52,238 nucleotides of DNA from Dehalococcoidia bacterium (GTDB lineage Bacteria > Chloroflexota > Dehalococcoidia > GIF9 > AB-539-J10): contig PUON01000009.1 in NCBI GenBank assembly GCA_003552125.1, positions 1 through 52,238 of the forward strand, written 5' to 3'. Shown here one piece after another: positions 21,026 to 29,607 of this stretch (position 1 is its first letter; each line of letters begins with the position of its first letter). A program made the translations under genes and the position numbers. The notes under the pieces were generated by a model. That model was not told the DNA's origin. It saw nothing but the letters and a program-made list of their open reading frames with translations, and did no database searches.

Positions 21026-22198
21026 ATGAAGCTGCTGGTTATCGGACTGGGACAATGCGGCGGACGTATCGCTGATAGGTTCGCCCGTCTGAATAAGAGA
21101 GGTCATGCACTTCGCGGGATGGATACGCTCGCCGGAGTGTTCGCGGTCAATACCGATGTTACGGACTTGAGTGGTTTGCGGACCATTAAGCCGGACTACA
21201 AGCATAGAATATTGATCGGCGCGCAGCGAACGAATGGACACGGAGTCGGCAAGATCAGCGAGCTCGGTGCTGAGATCGCGAACGAGGATGTCGACAAGAT
21301 CATCGATGCGATTCGTACGGCGTCAGGCTTCTACGAGACTGACGCGTTCCTGTTGTGCGCTGGCGCTGCCGGGGGCACTGGCTCAGGTGCCATCGCCGTG
21401 CTTACCAAGCATTTGAAGGAGCGGTACATAGGCAAGCCTGTCTACAATGTGGTGGTATTGCCGTTCCGGCAGGAGGAGAATACCGAAACCAGGACCATCT
21501 ACAACACCGCTACGTGTCTGAAGTCAACGTACCTGGTGGCGGACGCGGTCTTCCTGATCGACAATCAACGGTATGTGAAGAAGGATGCGCCAGCTGAGAA
21601 CAACCTGAACTCCATCAACGCCCGGGTGGTAGAGCCATTCTATAACGTACTGTGTGCGGGCGAGGAAACCAACAGGCGCTACGTCGGTTCCAAGACGCTT
21701 GATGCGGGTGACATCATTCAGACGCTTACGGGTTGGACGGTCATCGGTGGTGGCAGTGCGAAGCTTGATCGGCGTTTCTCATTGTTTGGCGCCAAGCGGG
21801 ACTTCCGCGAGAAGATGACCGATACCAGTCGGAGCACCCATGCTATGGACCAGGCCATCAGCGAGCTGTCAATGACGATTGATCCCAGTGATGTGGGTCG
21901 GGCGCTCTATCTGCTCACTGCTCCTTCAAAGGAGATGAGCATGGATGTGATGAAGCAATTGGGTGATAATCTGAGAAATCTCGCGCCGAACGCATTAATA
22001 CGAAGTGGCGACTACCCGCGCGATAGCAAGCAGATTGACGTCAGCGTGGTGATGTCCGAGATTCAGAACGTGCGTAAGATCACAGAGTACTTCACGAAAG
22101 CCATCGACCTCATATCGGTGATGAAAGCGAAGAAGGGTCTTGGGTATCAGACGAGACGGCTTGAAGAGTCATTCGACGATATCCCGGTACTGCTCTAG
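21026..22198 (+). CDS. Tubulin/FtsZ-superfamily GTPase, archaeal CetZ-like
   Basis: IGLGQCGGRI, AVNT...DL.GL, RILIG...GHGVG...ELGAEIA.ED, DAFL..AGAAGGTGSG, KHLKERY..PVY, IDN and TLDAGDIIQTL. These resemble CetZ proteins more than bacterial FtsZ. Confidence 0.88.
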   Translation: MKLLVIGLGQCGGRIADRFARLNKRGHALRGMDTLAGVFAVNTDVTDLSGLRTIKPDYKHRILIGAQRTNGHGVGKISELGAEIANEDVDKIIDAIRTASGFYETDAFLLCAGAAGGTGSGAIAVLTKHLKERYIGKPVYNVVVLPFRQEENTETRTIYNTATCLKSTYLVADAVFLIDNQRYVKKDAPAENNLNSINARVVEPFYNVLCAGEETNRRYVGSKTLDAGDIIQTLTGWTVIGGGSAKLDRRFSLFGAKRDFREKMTDTSRSTHAMDQAISELSMTIDPSDVGRALYLLTAPSKEMSMDVMKQLGDNLRNLAPNALIRSGDYPRDSKQIDVSVVMSEIQNVRKITEYFTKAIDLISVMKAKKGLGYQTRRLEESFDDIPVLL

Positions 22199-22232
22199 CG
22201 AAACGCACACAACGATCGTATACGGGTAACAG

Positions 22233-22264
22233 AAAGGCCCTCCGGCAACAGCCGGAGGGCCTTT
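22233..22264. terminator. Bidirectional intrinsic terminator
   Basis: AAAGGCCCTCCGGC-AACA-GCCGGAGGGCCTTT between convergent genes. Confidence 0.85.
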
Positions 22265-22307
22265 GCTTGTCATGAGCTATTCTCGATCACTCAGATGGCT
22301 CCTAATC

Positions 22308-22835
22308 CTAGCGGCGAGCCTTGGCGAACACGTTCCACGTCCGTTCCATCGCCTCGGCGCGTTCCTGCCGAGCCTTGGTCTCTACCTCATCACGTTTCTT
22401 CATCGCGTCAGTAACGACATCCTCATACTGTTTCTTGGATTGCGCCACCATATCTTCGTACGACTTTCGAGCCTGCGCGGAATTCTCTTCAAACGCATGC
22501 CTGGCCTTCGCAAGGCTGTCCTCCATTGTCTTCGTGGCCTGCGTAAGAGAGGCATCATGCGACTTCTTAGCGCTGCCAATAGCGTCAAGACTCTCCTTAC
22601 GGGCCTGTTCCAGTGCAGCGGCATAGTTCTTCTCCGCCTTCGCCTCCTGCTCCTTGTAGGCTCGCTCAAGTTGGCGTTGCGCCTCGATGTAGGCGACATA
22701 CGCCGCTGCCGCTCTTTGCTGAGTTTCGTCGAGCAGGTCTATAGTGGGCTCCGCAGCCTTTGCAGGCTTCTGCTCCTCCTCTACCGGCGTTTCGGGGGCT
22801 GCACTCTTCTGTTTGGTTTCCTCTTCGTTTGGCAT
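22308..22835 (-). CDS. Hypothetical helical protein with eleven tandem 11-residue repeats
   Basis: AYIEAQRQLER/AYKEQEAKAEK/NYAAALEQARK/.../SYEDMVAQSKK/QYEDVVTDAMK; AAGGAG RBS. Confidence 0.85.
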   Translation of the reverse strand: MPNEEETKQKSAAPETPVEEEQKPAKAAEPTIDLLDETQQRAAAAYVAYIEAQRQLERAYKEQEAKAEKNYAAALEQARKESLDAIGSAKKSHDASLTQATKTMEDSLAKARHAFEENSAQARKSYEDMVAQSKKQYEDVVTDAMKKRDEVETKARQERAEAMERTWNVFAKARR

Positions 22836-22919
22836 CCGTGTTCTCCTTCCGCTTCAAATCCTGACGTTGCTTGCACTGCCTATGGATAGGATGGTCTGTT
22901 CTCTCCAGAGATCTCTCCG

Positions 22920-24503
22920 TTATTCTTCTTTGTCTAGTTCATCCGGCTTGCTGAAAGGCTGCTCTTTGTCGGTTGCGTACATCTTAGCGAGGAATTGCAG
23001 TCTTGAATGAATGTCGGGACGGCTGTCACGCGGCTGCGGCTTGGAGGGCTTCGATTCTTCTGTGTCGAGGCGACTCATCGCCTCGATAAGCTGCTTTCTT
23101 GGAGGTTCAGGTTCATCCTCTCCGTGGGTTCGACGGGTCTGCTCTGCGCTGGCAGCAGTATCTTCGAACAATTTCACAGTTGCCCTTGCTACTTTGCGGG
23201 CTGCCTTTGTCGTCTCCTCGGCTTTGTCGATAGCTTCCTCCAGGATTCTGGATGACGACATCACGTTGTCACGCGCTGCCTTCACTGAGGCCTCGGTGGC
23301 TTCCCGGACAACTCGTTTGGATTCTTCAGCTGCATGTAGCGCTTCCGCGCTTGTCTCCTCGGCGCGCCTGGTGGCATCCGCGGCGAGTCGTCTCGCTTCC
23401 TCTGCTGCCTCTGCCGAGAGCCTTCCAAGCTCTTCAGCTCGATCGGACGCCTGTCCTGCCACCTTCAAGGCTTCATCCGCCAGCCTCGTTGCGGCTGCCG
23501 TCACCTCCTCGGTTCGTCTCACTGCCTCGCGTGCAGCGCGCTCAGCTTCCTCAGCGCGGCCCATTGCCTCCTGCGAGGCTCGTGTGGCGGATTCAACTGC
23601 CTCCCTGCTGGCACGTACCGATGCTTCGATTCTCGTCACTGCCTCCTGCGAGGCCTTGATCTGGCGCTCGGCTTCTCGCTGACTCAATTTGCCCGCTTCT
23701 TCGGCACGGCGGATCGCTGCCTCGAATGCGTGGCTCGACTGCTCAGTTGACGTGTTTGCAGCTGCAACTGCTTCTTCGGCGCGAGTTCTTGCTTCCTCGA
23801 ACGCCGATGATGAGAGAGCCGCGGAGTCGCTTGCGGCCTTGAAGACCTTTTCTGCCCTGGTGATAGCTCTTTCGGATGCCTTTTCGGCATCCTTGGAGGC
23901 CTTCTCCGACATCTTCGCGACGCGTTCGGCAGTGCTCTGAGCCTCGCGTGATACGCGAACTGATTCCTCAGACGCCTTGGCGGCCTGCCGCTCCTGTTCC
24001 TCGGCTGCAGCCATAGCTTCGTGCGCGGCACGGCGTGCTTCATCCGCTCGCTGTTGCGTCGAAACGGACATCTTCTCAACGCCGCTGAGAGTATTCTGAG
24101 ATGAGGCAAGAGTCTCTTGAACCGATGCAATGGCCTCATTCACAAGCCGCTCAAGGCGTTTCACGGCCTCGTCAAATGCGCGCGCACTTGATTCTGCGAC
24201 ATCGGTAGATGAGGCGAACACGCTTTCCGCCGTAGTAATTGCCTGATGCGCGCGTTCGATGGCCTCCCGGGATGCCCTGGAAGCCGCCTCACTGATGGAC
24301 TCGGCCTTCTTCGCAGCCTCCTCGGCATTACGACTCGCCTCTTCAGCCTCCTTGTGCGCTTCTCTCCCGATCTTCTCAACCCGGGAGTACGCTTGCTCGG
24401 ATGCCTTGCGCGACTGGTCGGCGGCCTGACGCGCGGCAAGATTCATCTGTTCGGCCCGCGCGACGGCCTCTTCAAAAGACGGATAGTCTTGTTCCATAGT
24501 CAT
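22920..24503 (-). CDS. Long Ala/Glu/Arg/Ser-rich coiled-coil protein with 25-residue repeats
   Basis: 527 aa with a proline-free rod of ~450 aa and a recurring xxEEAxxRAE unit every 25 residues. Start may be 24497. Confidence 0.88.
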   Translation of the reverse strand: MTMEQDYPSFEEAVARAEQMNLAARQAADQSRKASEQAYSRVEKIGREAHKEAEEASRNAEEAAKKAESISEAASRASREAIERAHQAITTAESVFASSTDVAESSARAFDEAVKRLERLVNEAIASVQETLASSQNTLSGVEKMSVSTQQRADEARRAAHEAMAAAEEQERQAAKASEESVRVSREAQSTAERVAKMSEKASKDAEKASERAITRAEKVFKAASDSAALSSSAFEEARTRAEEAVAAANTSTEQSSHAFEAAIRRAEEAGKLSQREAERQIKASQEAVTRIEASVRASREAVESATRASQEAMGRAEEAERAAREAVRRTEEVTAAATRLADEALKVAGQASDRAEELGRLSAEAAEEARRLAADATRRAEETSAEALHAAEESKRVVREATEASVKAARDNVMSSSRILEEAIDKAEETTKAARKVARATVKLFEDTAASAEQTRRTHGEDEPEPPRKQLIEAMSRLDTEESKPSKPQPRDSRPDIHSRLQFLAKMYATDKEQPFSKPDELDKEE

Positions 24504-24583
24504 CCTTCGACGTTGGGCTATGCAGCGCCCGATTGCCGTTAGGCACCCAACTCTCCAAATTGTAGTGACCGTTTCACTCTATT

Positions 24584-25411
24584 TCAACGAATCAGCGGGA
24601 GCTTTCGATTATGCAAAGCCGGCAAATGCTGCCGTATCTTCGCCATTTCCCCGAAATCAAGCGTTGCCGATATAACCTCTTCCCCGTCGCCGGAAGCCCG
24701 TGCCAGCACCCGCCCCCACGGATCGATAATAATGCTGTTTCCGTATGTGGGTATTTCACCCGCACCTATGCCGGCCTGGCCGGGAGCCACGATAAAGCAC
24801 TGGTTCTCGATGGCTCGGGCGCGAAGCAGAACCTCCCAGTGCGCCTCGCCTGTTGGAGCCGTGAAGGATGAAGGCACAAACACGAGATCGGCTCCCGCAT
24901 CTGCAAGAGCCCTGTAGAGCTCAGGGAATCTCATGTCATAGCATATCGTCAGTCCTGCCGTGAGCCCGTCCACGCATGCGGCAACAATGTCCTTCCCTGC
25001 CTGGAATTTCGCAGATTCGGTGACTGACCTGTCTCCTATGGCGATGTCGAACAGGTGAATCTTCCGGTAGCGGGCAACTAACTTGCCGTCCGGGCTGATG
25101 AGCGTGGACGTGTTGTAGGGCATCCCGCCGTCAGGATCGGCTTCATGAACACTGCCAGCCAGTATCCACACACCTCGATCAGCGGCAAGAGACATCAGTG
25201 AAACCAATGCGCTGCCGGGTAGGGGCTGTGCGATCCTGCTGAGGTCGGTTTCGCTTCCCCGGTAGTCAAATGTCTCGGGTAGTGCGATCAGCCTGGCTCC
25301 GGTATCTACAGCCTGGGTGGCCAGGGTCAGTGCCCGTTCGATATTGACGGTTTGGTTCGGCCCGCTTGCGGTCTGTGCTATTGCAACTGTAATTGGGCTG
25401 GAGTGTGTCAT
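24584..25411 (-). CDS. Carbon-nitrogen hydrolase (Nit1/deaminated glutathione amidase-like)
   Basis: LPE, YRKIHLFD and TICYDMRFPE (E-K-C triad); HWEVLLRARAIENQ. Confidence 0.93.
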   Translation of the reverse strand: MTHSSPITVAIAQTASGPNQTVNIERALTLATQAVDTGARLIALPETFDYRGSETDLSRIAQPLPGSALVSLMSLAADRGVWILAGSVHEADPDGGMPYNTSTLISPDGKLVARYRKIHLFDIAIGDRSVTESAKFQAGKDIVAACVDGLTAGLTICYDMRFPELYRALADAGADLVFVPSSFTAPTGEAHWEVLLRARAIENQCFIVAPGQAGIGAGEIPTYGNSIIIDPWGRVLARASGDGEEVISATLDFGEMAKIRQHLPALHNRKLPLIR

Positions 25412-25746
25412 ATCGAATAGTCTCCTCAGAGAATACCGCCGGGGCCCCGAACAGGCACACGCAAGCCTCAGGGAGCGTCCCCCGATTCGACAATCATATC
25501 ACGGGTGGGTTGCGGTAGACCCGGATTCAGGGAGAGTGCAGGGTGACGACCTGTCAGGCCTTATTGCATACAACTGCAGATTCTATTCGGGGAACTATGC
25601 GGCCGCGAGATGGGGGCAATAGCGCGAGTCCCCACGGATCAGGGGGACTTAGAACAGGCTAACCAGAGGCATCAGGACTGGAACGCTGCCCCGGATCGAC
25701 GTCAGATAACAAAATGCTGCGCTCGCCACTGGTTGGATTGTCTTTC

Positions 25747-26664
25747 TCATCCAGGCTGGTGTGCCGTGCGTATCCTGTTCACGAGCTGTCCCCATTCACG
25801 TCGTTCCCAGGTGACCAGCAATGGGCCGGCTATGAACAATGAACTGTAAGTGCCGATCAGCAGTCCCACGAACAGAACGAGGATGAAGTAGTGTATTGTC
25901 GCTCCACCGAAGAGCAGCAGCGCAAGGATGACGCATAGCGTTGTCAATGAGGTATTCACTGAACGTACGAGAGTCTCGACCAGACTGCAATTCACGGTGA
26001 TGCCGAGATCGGGGCTCACGCCCTTTGCCCTGTTCTCGCGGATACGATCGAAGACCACCACTGTATTGTTGATGGTGTATCCAACGATGGTGAGAAGTCC
26101 GGTGATGAACAGTGCGTCGATTTCCACTCCGCGGAATTGGCCAAGAAGGGCGAACAGGCCAGCCACGATAAGAATATTGTGCCCGAGTCCGACGATGGCG
26201 CACGTGCCCCACTTGAATGGGCTGGGCATTCTCCGGAATGACCAGGCAATATACAGCAGCATTGCGACCGAGGCGAATAGCAGAGCAAGACCGGCCTGGC
26301 GTGCGGTCTCGGTTGCGATGGCGGGAGACACCGTACTGTAGTCGAGCACAGTCAATTCCGAGCCAAGCTCTGCCTCAAGCGAAGCCATTAGAGCTTCTCG
26401 CTCCTCGACGGAAAGTGACTGCATGCGGACTATGTAGTCATCACCACTGCTCTGTATTATCGTGTCGGCGGCTCCATACTGCATTACCACGTCGCGGAGC
26501 GCAGACTGCTCGACCTGCGGCTGGAAGCGGAGCGTCATGGCCGTGCCACCCGTGAAGTCGATTCCGGGACGCAGTCCGAATGCGACTAGGGCGAACACAG
26601 CAACGACCAGTGCGATAAGCGAACCAAGGAAGAACCAGTGTCGTTGCCCTACGAAATCTATCAT
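25747..26664 (-). CDS. secF: Protein translocase subunit SecF
   Basis: GIDFTGG, LTIVGYTINNTVVVFDRIREN, RSVNTSLTT and GTYSSLFIA; start overlaps the secD stop. Confidence 0.96.
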   Translation of the reverse strand: MIDFVGQRHWFFLGSLIALVVAVFALVAFGLRPGIDFTGGTAMTLRFQPQVEQSALRDVVMQYGAADTIIQSSGDDYIVRMQSLSVEEREALMASLEAELGSELTVLDYSTVSPAIATETARQAGLALLFASVAMLLYIAWSFRRMPSPFKWGTCAIVGLGHNILIVAGLFALLGQFRGVEIDALFITGLLTIVGYTINNTVVVFDRIRENRAKGVSPDLGITVNCSLVETLVRSVNTSLTTLCVILALLLFGGATIHYFILVLFVGLLIGTYSSLFIAGPLLVTWERREWGQLVNRIRTAHQPG

Positions 26665-27995
26665 GACCTCACTCCATATGCGCGTAGGCTCGTAACCACT
26701 CTCGATGCAACGGCAATGCGCAGGAACGTTCTGGTCGCCACTATTGCCGTGAACATGCTGACTCCCACGCCGATAGCCAGTGTCAGCGCGAAGCCGCGAA
26801 CCATGAAAGCACCAAAGGTGCCGCCAAGCCAGAACAGTATCAGGCAGGCGATTAGCGTAGTGATATTGCTGTCCCTGATGGCGGACCACGCCCGAGTGAA
26901 ACCGATCTCCACCGCGGCCTGCAGCGCTCTGCCCGCTCGCAACTCCTCTTTCACGCGCTCAAATATCAGTACATTGGCATCGACAGCCATTCCCAAAGAC
27001 AGGATGAACGCTGCAATGCCCGGGAGTGTCAGCGTGAGATACGATGAAAACGTATTGAATATGGCGAGCAGTATCGCGCCGTAAATACCAAGGCTGAGAC
27101 AGGCGATTGCGCCCGGAAATCGGTAGTAGACCAGCATGAACGTCAGTAGGAGGAACAACCCCACGCCCGCGGCGATGAGGCTCTGGCGAATCGAATCCGC
27201 CCCAAGCGTCGCGTCCACATCTCTCTCGTCTATCAGTTCGAGTGGGACATCCAGTGCGCCTGAGTTCAATTGGGTAGACAGATCCCGCACTTCTTCGATG
27301 CTGAAGTTGCCCTGTATCTGTCCTCGGGTTGAGATGACCGCTTCAACGACAGGTGTGGAGATTATCTGTTCGTCGATTGCGATGGCGAGCGGTCTCTGCA
27401 GATTCCGCCTCGTTATCTGTTCGAAGAGATGTGCGCCCTCGCTGTTCCACTCGAACGCCACTACCGGTCTTCCAAACTGATCGAAGTCCGGCGATGCCCG
27501 ATTAAGGTATTGGCCTGTCAGTTCGCGCTCCCGTTCGTCCGTACCTGTTGCGGCTGCCGGCTCCTCCTTGAAGATGTAGTTGCCCTGATCATCGAAGACC
27601 GGGTTGCCGGCGGCGTCCAACTCTATCTCGCGGAAGTAGAGCAGGCCGGTATCTCCAATAAGACTGATCGCTCGTGTGATGTCGTCTACGCCGGGCAACT
27701 GGACCAGAATGCGGTCCGTTCCCTGCTTCTGGATGGTGGGCTCGGCAGCACCGAACTCATCTATCCGGCGCCGGATCTTCTCGATCGCTGACGCCATCGC
27801 CTGATCGTCAGTAACCTCGGGATCCTTCCTGGTCAAGTCGGCCCGATACAGGAGCTGGCTTCCTCCCCTTAGATCCAGTCCCAGCGTCAATCCATCAGGG
27901 CCGAGCAGGTTGCTTCCGATCGGGAATACCGCTGCAAGCGACAGCCCCAGAAGCACAATGACCAGTATGAGGAGCACGGAATCTCTTCTTTTCAC
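26661..27995 (-). CDS. secD: Protein translocase subunit SecD
   Basis: LGLDLRGG, RILVQLPG and LTLPGIAAFILSLGMAVDANVLIFERVKEE. Confidence 0.97.
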   Translation of the reverse strand: MKRRDSVLLILVIVLLGLSLAAVFPIGSNLLGPDGLTLGLDLRGGSQLLYRADLTRKDPEVTDDQAMASAIEKIRRRIDEFGAAEPTIQKQGTDRILVQLPGVDDITRAISLIGDTGLLYFREIELDAAGNPVFDDQGNYIFKEEPAAATGTDERERELTGQYLNRASPDFDQFGRPVVAFEWNSEGAHLFEQITRRNLQRPLAIAIDEQIISTPVVEAVISTRGQIQGNFSIEEVRDLSTQLNSGALDVPLELIDERDVDATLGADSIRQSLIAAGVGLFLLLTFMLVYYRFPGAIACLSLGIYGAILLAIFNTFSSYLTLTLPGIAAFILSLGMAVDANVLIFERVKEELRAGRALQAAVEIGFTRAWSAIRDSNITTLIACLILFWLGGTFGAFMVRGFALTLAIGVGVSMFTAIVATRTFLRIAVASRVVTSLRAYGVRS

Positions 27996-29554
27996 GTTGA
28001 CGTCCTTGTAGATAAGTGTTCGCCGCGGATCACATCGCGGGCGAGCCGCAAAGCTTCATCCTTCGTCGTGACCTGGCCCGCGGCTTGAGCCTCTATGATC
28101 ATCTCGAGCAGTCTGCCCACAGTAGGGCTGGACTCGAGATTGAGCTCATGCATGAGTTCACGCCCGTCGAGGAGCCTGCGGGGAGTAATGGCAGCACGCT
28201 GTCTCTGGTGCTCCTGCAGGATGAACGTCACAAGATCACACACACTGCACCACTCACTCATGGTAAACAGAGGTCCCCTGCAGGCAAGGTAGTCTGCCAT
28301 GGCGACGTAGAGAACTCCGGCCCCGGCGTTCCCGGTGTCGCGGAAGAATCGATAGACGGCCCGCGCGGTGGGAGGTCCCTCCGTGGACATCTGTGCAGGG
28401 CGCAGGTGATTGTAGATCAGGGTCTCCACGTAGGCTGTCTCATTCGTGCTGAATCTCAGACGCTGCAGGATATCTTTGGCGGTGGCAGCCCCGTCTTTGG
28501 CGTGTCCGAGAAAACGGGCACGGCCTGTATCGTCCAGTTCCCTTGTCTGTGGCTTCGCGATATCGTGCAGCAGACAGCCGAGCTTGATGAGGGCTGCCCG
28601 TGTGGCTCCTGCTGATACCTCCTCAGCCAGATATGCGTGGAACGCCGTCTCTGCAGGCATGTAATCCAGCATCTCATCGTTACCAAATCGCCAGTCAGCC
28701 TGTCCGCTGATGAACTCAAAGGTACTCATGGTTTGTATGGAGTGTTCGAGCACATCCCAGAAGTGGGAGGTCGGCTGCGCCACGTCCCGACAATGCTCGA
28801 GCTCCGGAATCACGTGTGTGAGGAGTCCAACGCGGTCAAGATAGCGCACGCTGTCTCCCGAACACGGCAAATCCATCAGCTTGAGGAGTTCCTCGCGAGT
28901 GCGCTCGGCTGCCACGGTCGCTACCAGAGGTGCATCCCGAGCTATTAGTGACTCGGTGTCAGGTGCGATCGTTAGCGCAAACTCCTGTGCCAGTCGGACC
29001 GCTCGCAGGAGACGGCCGGGATCCTCGCGGAATGCCTCCGAGCCACAGTGCCTGAGAATGCGGTCCGACAGGTCTCGAAGTCCACCGTGCGGGTCGATTG
29101 CATTATTGAGAATCGTTGCTGGAGGACACCGACCATCATTGCTGATGTGCGCCGCGATGACGCTGACGGGTACCGCAATCGCGTCCAGTGTGAAATCTCT
29201 CCGTGCGAGATCGTCCTCGATAGGCCCCTGACAATGAGCCACGTCTATGACGGATCTTTCGGCGTCGGATTGCTGCGCATTGTGTGCGCTGTCTGTCATC
29301 TGAGGCAGCACGATGCGTGCAATGCCGTGTTCGTCGTCGAGCGACACAAAGGAGCCGTTCAACGTAGTGGCCAGACGCTGCGCAATCTGGAAAGGGTCTT
29401 CGAACACCACGATGTCGATATCCCGCGAAGGCCTGTCAATCAGGCAATCTCGAACAAATCCTCCTACCACGTAGCTGGAAGGAGCCAGTGACTCGATTGC
29501 GGGGAAGACCCGGTTTATGGACGCACAAGCGCGGGTGCATTCAGATAGGGGCAT
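27992..29554 (-). CDS. Class II tRNA nucleotidyltransferase with HD domain (probably CC-adding)
   Basis: VGGFVRD...DIDI, DLARRDFT, EDPGRLLR, ERTREEL and LLHDIAKP. Confidence 0.9.
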   Translation of the reverse strand: MPLSECTRACASINRVFPAIESLAPSSYVVGGFVRDCLIDRPSRDIDIVVFEDPFQIAQRLATTLNGSFVSLDDEHGIARIVLPQMTDSAHNAQQSDAERSVIDVAHCQGPIEDDLARRDFTLDAIAVPVSVIAAHISNDGRCPPATILNNAIDPHGGLRDLSDRILRHCGSEAFREDPGRLLRAVRLAQEFALTIAPDTESLIARDAPLVATVAAERTREELLKLMDLPCSGDSVRYLDRVGLLTHVIPELEHCRDVAQPTSHFWDVLEHSIQTMSTFEFISGQADWRFGNDEMLDYMPAETAFHAYLAEEVSAGATRAALIKLGCLLHDIAKPQTRELDDTGRARFLGHAKDGAATAKDILQRLRFSTNETAYVETLIYNHLRPAQMSTEGPPTARAVYRFFRDTGNAGAGVLYVAMADYLACRGPLFTMSEWCSVCDLVTFILQEHQRQRAAITPRRLLDGRELMHELNLESSPTVGRLLEMIIEAQAAGQVTTKDEALRLARDVIRGEHLSTRTST

Positions 29555-29607
29555 ACGTTCGAATTATAGCCTCGCAAACCGGGGGTTGTAAAGAAATCAT
29601 CGCCTGG

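Noticed and set aside
22308-24503. Repeat proteins as phage tape-measure genes or DNA tandem repeats/CRISPR
   Set aside because: There are no phage, integrase or cas genes nearby, and the periodicity is at amino-acid level without identical DNA repeats.
25470-25730. tmRNA-like words (GGGAGCG...GATTCGAC, ACAACTGCAG)
   Set aside because: There is no T-arm GGTTCGA.TCC, no matching acceptor stem ending in CCA, and no convincing in-frame tag peptide.
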